From NCBI GenBank assembly GCA_052386775.1, contig JBQTJV010000044.1, positions 1 through 58,660 on the forward strand: a stretch of 58,660 bases of DNA, written 5' to 3'. Position 1 is the stretch's first letter. Every line of letters begins with the position of its first letter. Below the pieces are notes generated by a model. It was given only the letters and a program-made list of their open reading frames with translations. It ran no database searches and was not told the DNA's origin. Below are positions 47,124 to 55,694 of the stretch, piece after piece. This stretch comes from Betaproteobacteria bacterium. Its GTDB lineage: Bacteria > Pseudomonadota > Gammaproteobacteria > Burkholderiales > SG8-41. The position numbers and the translations under genes are program-made.

Positions 47124-48271
47124 TGGACCATTCTGCGCGCCCACCTTCCGTGACGAAGGACGGTCCGGTCTGCCGATTTGCGGCCATGGGCGACATCATG
47201 CTCTCCCGCGCCGTGGGCAAGCATTTTACGGACAGGCCGGAGGATTTTTCGCTGAACGAGGTTGCCACGCTGCTCGGAGACTACGACGTCGTCTTCGCCA
47301 ACCTCGAGAACCCCGTGAGTACCGCAGGCATCCCGCACGCCGTGCAGAACCCGCACGTCACGTTCCGCTGCCATCCCGATGCGCTGCGAGTGCTGAAGGC
47401 GCTCAGGATCACCGCCGTGTCGCTCGCCAACAACCACATGCTCGACTATGGGCCGGTAGCGCTGGCCGAGACGCTGCAGCATCTCGATGCCGCCGGCATC
47501 GGACATGTCGGCGCAGGGCTCAACTACGAGGAAGCCAACCGGCCGCTGCTGATCGAGGCGCGCGGCACGAAGCTTGCGTTCCTCGCCTACGTATTCCTTT
47601 ATTCGGCGAGCACGGAAATGGCAACGCGCACCCGCGCCGGCGTGTCCGATCACCGCATGCGCACCATACTGCCGCGCATCCGCAGCCTCGTCCGGGATGG
47701 ATATTGCGTGCTGGTCTCCGTTCACTGGGGCATCGAATATTCCTTCTACCCCCTTCCCTACCAGATGGCTCAGGCGCGCCGAATGATCGACGCTGGAGCC
47801 ACCCTGATCGTCGGGCATGGGCCGCATTATCTTCAGGGCATCGAAAGCTGGCGCGACGGCCGTATTGTCTACAGCCTCGGCAACTGCATATTCGACGAGC
47901 CGTTTCCCCACGCGAACCGCAGCTACTTCTACGGCGCCTCGATCACGCACGACGGTACCGTTGCGCGCGAAGAGATACACCCGTTCCATATCCGCAACCA
48001 CGTGCCGAGCCTTGCCCGGGGCAGAGACAGGAAGCGCATCGAGCAGTTCATCGCCCGATTGGGCAGGCTCTATGCCAGAAAAAGCCCGGCCTTCTGGCAG
48101 AACCAGAGTTCCCGCTACTTCCGCGACCTCATGTGGCGGGTCTCCACCATGAAATCCTACAAGTTTCTCCGGCTCCCGCCGCTTTCGTTTTACGGAGACG
48201 TAGGGGCTCGCAACTATGCGCGCAAATTGGCGCGGCGCATCGCGCGTCACGTAAGATCGGCCGATCCATGA
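47123..48271 (+). CDS. CapA/PgsA-like (PGA_cap, metallophosphatase-fold) protein, apparently cytoplasmic
   Basis: AAMGDIMLSR, VVFANLENP, SLANNHMLDYG, VSVHWGIEYS, VGHGPHYLQGIE, YSLGNCIFD. ATG at 47123 overlaps the comB stop (TGATG). No N-terminal TM segment. Confidence 0.8.
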   Translation: MDHSARPPSVTKDGPVCRFAAMGDIMLSRAVGKHFTDRPEDFSLNEVATLLGDYDVVFANLENPVSTAGIPHAVQNPHVTFRCHPDALRVLKALRITAVSLANNHMLDYGPVALAETLQHLDAAGIGHVGAGLNYEEANRPLLIEARGTKLAFLAYVFLYSASTEMATRTRAGVSDHRMRTILPRIRSLVRDGYCVLVSVHWGIEYSFYPLPYQMAQARRMIDAGATLIVGHGPHYLQGIESWRDGRIVYSLGNCIFDEPFPHANRSYFYGASITHDGTVAREEIHPFHIRNHVPSLARGRDRKRIEQFIARLGRLYARKSPAFWQNQSSRYFRDLMWRVSTMKSYKFLRLPPLSFYGDVGARNYARKLARRIARHVRSADP

Positions 48272-49515
48272 ACAGGAGACGCTTCCTGTCCTTGCTCGTG
48301 GGCATGATGGCTGCGCGGCAGCCAGCCGCCGCGCAGCCATCATCACGTGGCGTGGCGCTCTACGCCAATGCAGGGCTCCAACTCGTTCACTATGCAGTCG
48401 ACGTGGCCGGCGCCGTGCTTACCAAGCGCGAAGCGGTGACGTTGCCCGCCGCCGTGCAGTATGCCTGGCCACACGCATCGGGACGCGTACTTTACGTCGC
48501 GTCCAGCAACAGCGCACCGGGCCACGGACGCGCGGGCACCGAGCACCACGTCACCGCATTCCGGATCGATGCGTCGAGCGGCGCGCTCGCACAGCTTGGC
48601 GAGCCGATACGCCTGCCCAGTCGGCCCATACACCTCACGACCGACATTCCATCCGATTATCTGCTGGTCGCATTCAACAAGCCGAGCGCGCTGCGCGTCT
48701 ACCGCATCAACCCGGATTTCACGCCCGGCGAGGAAGTGAAGCAACCGGGGCCGATCGATGCCGGCATCTACGCCCACCAGATTCGCGTGACACCCGACAA
48801 CCGGCTCGCGATCCTTGTCACCCGCGGAAACGAAGGCACCGCGTCCAGGGCCGAGGATCCCGGCGCACTCAAGGTCTTCGAGTACAGGCGTGGCATGCTG
48901 AGCGGGGGCGAATCCATTGCTCCGGATGGAGGCCGCAACTTCAGGCCGCGACACCTGGATTTCCACCCCACGAAGTCGTGGCTCTATGTGTCGGTCGAGA
49001 CGCAGAACAAGCTGTACACCTACAAGATGGATGCGGGCAGGATCAATCCCCAAATCGCTTTCCGCGCGGAAACACTGGCGGAGCCAGGAAACATCCGCGC
49101 GCGCCAGGCTGCCGGCACCGTGCACGTGCATCCCGGCGGGCGCTTCGTGTACGTAGCAAACCGCGCCGACCAGACCGTGGCGTTTCGCGGCGAACAGGTT
49201 TTCAAGGGCGGCGAGAACAGCATCGTGGTGTATTCAATCAATCAGAAGACCGGTGAGCCGAAACCGATACAGCGCATCGAAACGCGAGGCATTCACCCGC
49301 GCACGTTTCACATCGATCCGAGCGGACGTCTGCTGGTCGCCCAGCACAATCGGCCGCTAAAAGTGCGGGACGGCGATGCGGTGCGGATCGTGCCTGCCGG
49401 ATTATCCGTATTCCGCATTGGCGACGACGGCAAGCTCACATTCGCGCGCAAATACGATGTTGATGTCGGAAACAGGACCATGTTCTGGATGGGCATGGTC
49501 CTGCTGCCCGGCTGA
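48268..49515 (+). CDS. Tat-signal 7-bladed beta-propeller lactonase family protein
   Basis: MNRRRFLSLLVGMMAARQPAAAQ twin-arginine signal. Repeated beta-propeller blades (HLDFHPTKSWLYVS, VHVHPGGRFVYVAN, FHIDPSGRLLVAQ). ATGA overlap with the capA-like stop. Confidence 0.8.
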   Translation: MNRRRFLSLLVGMMAARQPAAAQPSSRGVALYANAGLQLVHYAVDVAGAVLTKREAVTLPAAVQYAWPHASGRVLYVASSNSAPGHGRAGTEHHVTAFRIDASSGALAQLGEPIRLPSRPIHLTTDIPSDYLLVAFNKPSALRVYRINPDFTPGEEVKQPGPIDAGIYAHQIRVTPDNRLAILVTRGNEGTASRAEDPGALKVFEYRRGMLSGGESIAPDGGRNFRPRHLDFHPTKSWLYVSVETQNKLYTYKMDAGRINPQIAFRAETLAEPGNIRARQAAGTVHVHPGGRFVYVANRADQTVAFRGEQVFKGGENSIVVYSINQKTGEPKPIQRIETRGIHPRTFHIDPSGRLLVAQHNRPLKVRDGDAVRIVPAGLSVFRIGDDGKLTFARKYDVDVGNRTMFWMGMVLLPG

Positions 49516-49532
49516 CAAGCCGCTCCTGGCGG

Positions 49533-49736
49533 TTACTTCTTCATCGCGTCTTTTTTCATTTCGTCCTTTTTCATTTCGCCTTTCGCCATGCCGTCCTTCT
49601 TCATTTCGTCCTTCTTCATTTCACCCTTGGACATGGCGTCTTTCTTCATCTCGTCCTTCTTTATCGCGTCCGCGGCATAGGCGCTGCCGGCAAAGGCGAT
49701 CGACCCGGCAAACAACACTGCGATCAGCTTCTTCAT
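49533..49736 (-). CDS. secreted pentapeptide MXKDX-repeat protein
   Basis: 67 aa. Signal peptide MKKLIAVLFAGSIAFAGSAYA followed by about 9 tandem (D/G/E)(A/E/G)M(K/S/A)K(D/G) pentapeptides. AAGGAG Shine-Dalgarno upstream. Confidence 0.8.
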   Translation of the reverse strand: MKKLIAVLFAGSIAFAGSAYAADAIKKDEMKKDAMSKGEMKKDEMKKDGMAKGEMKKDEMKKDAMKK

Positions 49737-49932
49737 TTTTGCTCCTTTCGTTGTGAATAAAAGCGGCTTTGCGCCGCGCCTGTTACCTCTGCCAGCTACG
49801 AACCGCTGTACCAGTTGTAGCCTTGATCCTCCCAATAGCCGCCAGCCGCGGCAAGATTCGACGGTGCTTGGTCGCCCGAACCGGCACGACCTTACGTAGT
49901 GCCCGAATCGGGAGGAGCTTCCTAGTGCAGCC

Positions 49933-50406
49933 TCAGGCCCCGCCGGCCATCTTCTGCATCGCCTGCTGCGCCTCCTCCATGCTGACGTCGCGCACGTGCG
50001 TTCCCACCGACCAGTGATGGCCGAACGGGTCTTCGATCTTGCCGTAGCGGTCGCCCCAGAACATCTCCGTCACCGGCATCGTGACCTTGGCGCCCGCCTT
50101 TTCCGCACGCGCGACCAATGCGTCGGCGTTCTCCACGTACAGGTGGATCGTGACCGGCGTGCCTTTGAGCCCCTTCGGCCCCACCATGCCCCATTCGGGA
50201 TTTTCGTCGACCAGCATCACAGCCGAACCGTTGATGCGGATCATCGCGTGCATGAGCTTGCCTCCCGGGCCGGGGAGCCGCGCCTCCTCCACCGCGCCGA
50301 AGGCCTGCTTGTAGAACTCGATCGCATCCGCCGCCCCGGCACAGACCAGGTGGGGCGTCACGGTATGCATGCCGTCGGGAACGGGCTTTACTTTCTGAGT
50401 CGCCAT
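49933..50406 (-). CDS. VOC (glyoxalase/bleomycin-resistance, PhnB-like) family protein
   Basis: VTPHLVCAGAADAIEFYKQAFGA...FWGDRYGKIEDPFGHHWSV is the typical PhnB/YjdN-type pattern. Confidence 0.85.
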   Translation of the reverse strand: MATQKVKPVPDGMHTVTPHLVCAGAADAIEFYKQAFGAVEEARLPGPGGKLMHAMIRINGSAVMLVDENPEWGMVGPKGLKGTPVTIHLYVENADALVARAEKAGAKVTMPVTEMFWGDRYGKIEDPFGHHWSVGTHVRDVSMEEAQQAMQKMAGGA

Positions 50407-50538
50407 CGATGTCTCCTTGAAGTGAAGCGGGTCGGTTGTGAAGTACCTCCGAGGCTTGTCGATATGCGCCAGCCCTGTTCGACTTCAGGCGGATAAACTA
50501 AATAGCATATTTTTCTCTTTTTACTGATGGGATTCACT

Positions 50539-51156
50539 ATGAAGTTATTCGGCACGCCCGGCAGCCCGTTTTCGCGCAAGGTTCGCATCGTGCTCGAGGA
50601 ACGAGGCCTGCCCCACGAATACATCATCGAACGCCCGTCGGTGCCCGGCTCCCGGGTGCCGCAGTTCAATCCGCTCGGCAAAGTGCCCACGCTGGTCCTC
50701 GACAGCGGCCGCGTGCTCTATGACTCGCCGGTGATCGTGGAATATCTCGATGGCCTGGGCAGCGCGCCGAAGCTCATACCGGGCTCGTTCGACGAGCGCA
50801 TCGAGGTCAAACGCTGGGAAGCGCTGGGCGACGGTATCGCGGAGGCGACGGTGCTGATCAACCACGAGTACCGCGAGCCCAAGGAGAAACAGCGTGCGCC
50901 GGAGTGGTTCGCGCGCCAGCGGGCCAAGATCGACCGAGGGCTCGCCGCGATGGAAAAAGATCTGGCGTCGAACGAGTTCTGTTTCGGCGGGCGTTTCACG
51001 CTGGCCGATATCGCCGCGGGCTATGCGCTCGACTATCTAGACCAGGCGCTGCCTGAAGTCGAATGGCGCACGGACCACGCTGCCCTGCAGCGGCTCGCAC
51101 AGCGGCTCGCGGCGCGTGCGTCGTTCAGCACGACGCTGCCGCCGAAGACCGCGTAG
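50539..51156 (+). CDS. glutathione S-transferase
   Basis: MKLFGTPGSPFSRKVRIVL (thioredoxin-like N-domain with catalytic Ser) and an alpha-helical C-domain. Confidence 0.9.
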   Translation: MKLFGTPGSPFSRKVRIVLEERGLPHEYIIERPSVPGSRVPQFNPLGKVPTLVLDSGRVLYDSPVIVEYLDGLGSAPKLIPGSFDERIEVKRWEALGDGIAEATVLINHEYREPKEKQRAPEWFARQRAKIDRGLAAMEKDLASNEFCFGGRFTLADIAAGYALDYLDQALPEVEWRTDHAALQRLAQRLAARASFSTTLPPKTA

Positions 51157-51166
51157 CGCTCGCACC

Positions 51167-52147
51167 ATGCGATACCGGATATTCGGCCGCACCGGCATCA
51201 CCGTCTCCGAGGTCGTTTTCGGCGGCGGCAACGTCGGCGGCCTCATCATCCAGAAAGATGACGCGACCAAGCGCGAGGCGATCCACCGCGCGATCGCGGG
51301 CGGCATCAACTGGTTCGATACCGCCGCGATGTACGGTGACGGCAAGTCGGAACAAGCGCTCGGCTGGCTGCTCCCCGAATCGGGCGCAACGCCTCGCCTT
51401 TCCACCAAGTTCCAGCTCGACATCACGAATCTGAAGGACATACCGGGACAGATCGAGGCACGCCTCAAGGAGAGCCTTGCACGACTGAAGCGTCCGTCCG
51501 TCGATCTGCTGCAACTTCACAACCGCATCGGCTCGAAGCCTGGTGGACGGGTGATGACGGTCGAACAGATCCTCGGCAAGGACGGTGTCGCAGACGGTCT
51601 CGACCGGTTGCGCGAAAAAGGATTGATCCGCCATATGGGCATCACCGCCATCGGCGAGACCGCGTCCGTCTGTGAAGTCATCCGCAGCGGGCGGTTCGAC
51701 TCCGCGCAGGTCTATTACAACCTGCTCAACCCGAGCGCCGGCCGCGGCATGCCGAAGCGGTGGACCGGTCAGAACATGACCGGGATCATCGAGTCCTGTC
51801 GCGAAAATAACGTGGCCGTGATGGCGATCCGGATTTATGCCGCGGGCGTCATCGCGACCGACGAGCGCACCGGGCGCGAGAGCATCCTCGTCAGCGATAC
51901 CAGCCTCGCCGAGGAAGAGCGCAAGACCAAAGCCCTCTTCGCCGCGATCGGCACCGGCCACGGCACGCGCGCGCAGGTCGCGCTTCGCTTCGTGCTGACC
52001 AACCCCGATGTGTCGTGCGCCATCATCGGCAGCGCGGAGCTGCACCATATCGACGACGCACTCGAGGCGGCCGCGATGGGGCCGCTCCCGCCCGACGTAC
52101 TCGCCCGGCTCGACGCGCTGTATCACACGGACTTCCACACCGGCTGA
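51167..52147 (+). CDS. aldo/keto reductase
   Basis: MRYRIFGRTGITVSEVVFGGG..., INWFDTAAMYGDGKSE, VDLLQLHN. Confidence 0.9.
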   Translation: MRYRIFGRTGITVSEVVFGGGNVGGLIIQKDDATKREAIHRAIAGGINWFDTAAMYGDGKSEQALGWLLPESGATPRLSTKFQLDITNLKDIPGQIEARLKESLARLKRPSVDLLQLHNRIGSKPGGRVMTVEQILGKDGVADGLDRLREKGLIRHMGITAIGETASVCEVIRSGRFDSAQVYYNLLNPSAGRGMPKRWTGQNMTGIIESCRENNVAVMAIRIYAAGVIATDERTGRESILVSDTSLAEEERKTKALFAAIGTGHGTRAQVALRFVLTNPDVSCAIIGSAELHHIDDALEAAAMGPLPPDVLARLDALYHTDFHTG

Positions 52148-52229
52148 CGACCGTTGTCAGCGAGCGAGGCATATGCTGAAGCCGCAGCACGTCGTTCCGA
52201 TGAAGCACGAAATGCAGCGGCGCTCTGTT

Positions 52230-53198
52230 TTACTTCGCCGTGATGCCGGCCTCGCGAATGAGCTTTCCCCACTTGCCGGTGGCGGTCTTGAGGTAATCGG
52301 CAAACTGCTCCGCGCTCTGGTTGCCCGGATCGAGCGCCTGGGAGGCGAAACGCTCGCGTACGTCGGGACGCGCGAGCACCTTGCGGATTTCGTCGTTCAA
52401 GCGGGTGACGATGTCGCGCGGCGTATTGGCGGGCGCCATCACACCGAAGAACCCGACGACTTCGAAGCCCGGGAGCCCGGACTCCGACATCGTCGCCACG
52501 CCGGGAACCACCGGCGTGCGCTCGAGTCCGGTCACCGCCAATACGCGCATCTTGCCTGCCTTCACGTGCGCGAGCGAGGCCGTCACATTCGAGAACATGA
52601 AGGGCAGATGGCCGGCGAGAACGTCAGTGATCGCGGGCGCCTCGCCCTTATACGGAACGTGCACGATTTTGAGCTTTGCCATCGTTGCGAGCAGCTCGCC
52701 CGACAGGTGCGGCGTGGTGCCGATGCCGCCCGAGCCATAGTTCAACTCTCCCGGGCGCGCCCGGCCGAGCGCGATCAGTTCCTTCACCGTGCGCACCGGC
52801 AGCGACGGATTGACGACCAGGATGAGCGGGCTCGTCGCGCACAGCGCTACCGCCGCGAAGTCCTTCGTGAGATCCGGGTAGGTGCGCTTCTCGATCATCT
52901 GCGAGGTCATGAGGGTCTGCGTCGTCATGAGCAGGACATGGCCGTCGGGCGGACTCTTCGCCACCAGCTCGCCGGCGATCTGGCTGCTCGCGCCCGGGCG
53001 GTTCTCCACGACGAAAGACGGTCCGAACGTTTCGGTAAGTCCCGGCGCGATCGAGCGTGCGATGATGTCGGTCGCCCCGCCGGCGGCGAAGCCGACGAGG
53101 ATGCGCACCGGCCGCACGGGATACTTGCCCGTCTGCGCCAGTGCCGCATTGCCCGCCGTCGCCAACACGGCTAGAGCAATCCACGGCGTGTATCTCAT
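52230..53198 (-). CDS. Bug-family (TctC-like) tripartite tricarboxylate transporter substrate-binding protein
   Basis: Signal peptide followed by YPVRPVRILVGFAAGGATD, the canonical Bug N-terminal motif. Confidence 0.9.
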   Translation of the reverse strand: MRYTPWIALAVLATAGNAALAQTGKYPVRPVRILVGFAAGGATDIIARSIAPGLTETFGPSFVVENRPGASSQIAGELVAKSPPDGHVLLMTTQTLMTSQMIEKRTYPDLTKDFAAVALCATSPLILVVNPSLPVRTVKELIALGRARPGELNYGSGGIGTTPHLSGELLATMAKLKIVHVPYKGEAPAITDVLAGHLPFMFSNVTASLAHVKAGKMRVLAVTGLERTPVVPGVATMSESGLPGFEVVGFFGVMAPANTPRDIVTRLNDEIRKVLARPDVRERFASQALDPGNQSAEQFADYLKTATGKWGKLIREAGITAK

Positions 53199-53213
53199 GT
53201 CACTCCTCCTTTG

Positions 53214-53238
53214 AAAAAGGGGGACTGACCCCTTTTTT
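53214..53238 (-). terminator. bidirectional rho-independent terminator between the two Bug genes
   Basis: AAAAAGGGG(G)-actga-CCCCTTTTTT: G/C stem flanked by an A-run and a T-run, 13 nt downstream of the stop at 53251. Confidence 0.6.
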
Positions 53239-53250
53239 CTGTTTCCGGTT

Positions 53251-54243
53251 CTACTGCTTTTTCAGTCCCGCGCCGCGCGCGATCGCCCCGTAGCGCTCGA
53301 TATCCGCGCGCAACAGTTGAGCGAGTTCCTCAGACGTGCCGGGCCACGGATCGACGCCGAGCGCCGCGAGCCGCCCCCGCAAATCGGCGGTTCCGAGTGC
53401 GGTGATCAATTCACGGCTCAACCGCGCCACGATCTCGCGCGGCGTCGCCACCGGCGCGAACATGCCATACCACAACGGCATCGTGAATCCCGCAACGCCC
53501 GCTTCGATTCCGGTCGGCACATCCGGCAGCGCAGCGATGCGCTTTTCGGTCAGCACGGCGAGCGGCCGCACCTTGCCGGCCCTGATCTGCGTCAACGCCG
53601 TGGACACCGGCATGATGACTTCATCCACCTCGCCGCCGATCATCGACGTCATTGCCTGCGTCACGCCTTTGTACGGCACGTGCACCATGTCGATCTTCTC
53701 TAGATGCTTGAGCAGTTCGTTGGCGAGATGGTTTGTGGTGCCGGCACCGCCGGAGCCAAAGTTGAGCTTGCCGGGATGCTTGCGCGCGAGGCTGATGAAC
53801 TGCCGCAGCGTCTTTGCCGGCACCGAGGGATGAACGAGCAGCACGTTGGGGATGGACGTGAGCCGCGCCACCGGCACGAGATCCTTGATGGGATCGTAGC
53901 CCGGATTCAGGTAGAGCGACTGGCTGACGGCGATGCTGGCCGTCGCAATAACCATTGTGTAGCCGTCCGGTGGAGACTTGGCCGCGGCCGCGATGCCGAG
54001 GTTGCCGCCGGCGCCGGCACGGTTGTCGGCGATGACCTGCTCGCCCATCTGCTCGGCGAGTTTCTGCCCGAGCATCCGCCCGACGACGTCGCTCGACGCA
54101 CCGGCGGGAAACGGCACGATGAGCCGCAGCGGCTTGGCGGGATAGGGTTTCGCGCCGGGTGAGGTCTGCGCCAGCGCGCTGGTGCACGACAAGGCCGCAG
54201 CAAGCCCTCCAGCAAGGACAGCACGCCTACGCATCCATTGCAT
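53251..54243 (-). CDS. Bug-family (TctC-like) substrate-binding protein
   Basis: ATG at 54243 with GGAGGAG Shine-Dalgarno. Signal peptide followed by YPAKPLRLIVPFPAGASSD. Confidence 0.9.
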   Translation of the reverse strand: MQWMRRRAVLAGGLAAALSCTSALAQTSPGAKPYPAKPLRLIVPFPAGASSDVVGRMLGQKLAEQMGEQVIADNRAGAGGNLGIAAAAKSPPDGYTMVIATASIAVSQSLYLNPGYDPIKDLVPVARLTSIPNVLLVHPSVPAKTLRQFISLARKHPGKLNFGSGGAGTTNHLANELLKHLEKIDMVHVPYKGVTQAMTSMIGGEVDEVIMPVSTALTQIRAGKVRPLAVLTEKRIAALPDVPTGIEAGVAGFTMPLWYGMFAPVATPREIVARLSRELITALGTADLRGRLAALGVDPWPGTSEELAQLLRADIERYGAIARGAGLKKQ

Positions 54244-54344
54244 TGCTCCTCCTTTGTGTTTTTCCGGATCAGCGCGGACCGATGCGCCGTCCGCCGCCCT
54301 CACTATTGGTTCTTGCCCGCATAACTTAAGCGCGCCGGCATCGA

Positions 54345-55583
54345 ATGTCCAGCGAAGCCACGATCCGTTTGACTGTGCCCACCGATTTCGGGACACTCGC
54401 GAACGTACCCCCGGATGACACCGTGAACCTGGCCCTCGCCTCACCGCTGGAAGCTGCACGCGCGCTCGCACCGTTGATCCGTACGAGCGCCGATGAGATC
54501 GACAAGGCCCGCGAGCTGCCGCGTGCGCTGTTCGAGGCCATCGCCGACGCCGGGCTGTTTCTCCTCGCGGCGCCGCGCGCCATCGGCGGAACGGAGCTCG
54601 ATTACCCGGCCTACGTGGAGGTGATGGAAGAGCTCGGGAAAGCCGATGCCAGCACCGCCTGGATCGTCAACCAGGTGACGACCTTCAGCACCTATGCCGC
54701 CCGCATGGCGCCGCCGGTTGCCCGCGCCATCTGGATCGACACGCCGCGCAGTATCGTCTCCAACAGCCCCTCGCCCACCGCGCAGGCTGTGATCGCTCCC
54801 GGCGGCTATCGCGTCACGGGCCGCCAGGGGTTCAGCACCGGTTGCCGGCACGCTGCTTGGATAGCTGCGCACGCAACGGTCATCGAGAACGGGGAGCCGC
54901 GGATGCGGGACGGCAAGCCCGAAGCGCGGTACTTTTTCGTCCCGATCGCGCAGGTCGAGTTGCTGGATACGTGGCATGTGCGCGGCATGCGCGGCACCGG
55001 CACCCATCATTTCGCCGTCCGGGACGTGTTCGTACCCGAAGAGCGGACCGTCTTCCAGTTCGGCGCGCCGCTCCTCGACAATGGCGCCCGCTACAGGATT
55101 CCGATTCAGCTCGCGTTCGCCGGCGGCGATGCCGCCATCGCGCTCGGACTCGCGCGGAGCTGCCTGAACGCGTTCTACGAACTCGCCGGTGCGAAGACAC
55201 CGCGTTTTCAGGGGCTGCTGCGCGACCAGGCGAACATCCAGCTCACCGTCGGTCAGGCCGAGGCGGCGCTGCGTTCCGGGCGGGCCTTCCTGATGGAAGC
55301 CGTTCGGGATCTGTGGAGCGAAGCCACGTCACTGCCCGCTCCGACCCTGGAGCGTCGTGCAGCCCTGCGAGTCGCAACCACCCACGCCATCCACCTCGCC
55401 GCTCAGGTGGTCAATAGCGTGTACACGATGTCAGGGGCGACCGCGGTATTCGAAGGCAACCTCATCCAGCGCCATTTCCAGGACATCCACGTGATCACCC
55501 AGCACCTGCATGGCCGCCTCGCCCACTACGAACTCGCCGGGCAATATTGGCTGGGACTGCCGATCGACGACTCGCGGATGTAA
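54345..55583 (+). CDS. acyl-CoA dehydrogenase family flavoprotein (group D monooxygenase-like)
   Basis: ACAD three-domain length and pattern. TWHVRGMRGTGTHHF is typical of the middle beta-domain. The start is uncertain because no Shine-Dalgarno sequence is present. Confidence 0.85.
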   Translation: MSSEATIRLTVPTDFGTLANVPPDDTVNLALASPLEAARALAPLIRTSADEIDKARELPRALFEAIADAGLFLLAAPRAIGGTELDYPAYVEVMEELGKADASTAWIVNQVTTFSTYAARMAPPVARAIWIDTPRSIVSNSPSPTAQAVIAPGGYRVTGRQGFSTGCRHAAWIAAHATVIENGEPRMRDGKPEARYFFVPIAQVELLDTWHVRGMRGTGTHHFAVRDVFVPEERTVFQFGAPLLDNGARYRIPIQLAFAGGDAAIALGLARSCLNAFYELAGAKTPRFQGLLRDQANIQLTVGQAEAALRSGRAFLMEAVRDLWSEATSLPAPTLERRAALRVATTHAIHLAAQVVNSVYTMSGATAVFEGNLIQRHFQDIHVITQHLHGRLAHYELAGQYWLGLPIDDSRM

Positions 55584-55589
55584 TCAACG

Positions 55590-55681
55590 CCTGCCGTTCC
55601 TTTAACCGGCAGGGCGCGTAATCCGCTGACGAGTGATGACCGCCGCGCGCAGCCGGTGCGAGAACCTACTGGGCTGCGCGC
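55590..55681. other. two GC-rich hairpins between convergent genes
   Basis: CCTGCCG (55590-55596) / CGGCAGG (55607-55613), and GCGCGCAGCC (55645-55654) / GGCTGCGCGC (55672-55681). Both pairs are exact reverse complements. No T-tracts. Confidence 0.35.
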
Positions 55682-55694
55682 CGTCCGGATCGCT

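Noticed and set aside
47123-48271. CapA homologue taken as evidence for a poly-gamma-glutamate capsule locus
   Set aside because: No PgsB (Mur-ligase-like) or PgsC genes are present, and the protein has no membrane anchor. The operon context (ComA/ComB and ATP-grasp genes) differs from pgsBCA.
47032-49515. 827-aa plus-strand ORF
   Set aside because: Only the part from the ATG at 48268 (Tat signal MNRRRFLS, beta-propeller lactonase) is credible. The upstream 412 codons overlap the CapA-like gene out of frame and are low-complexity and Arg-rich.
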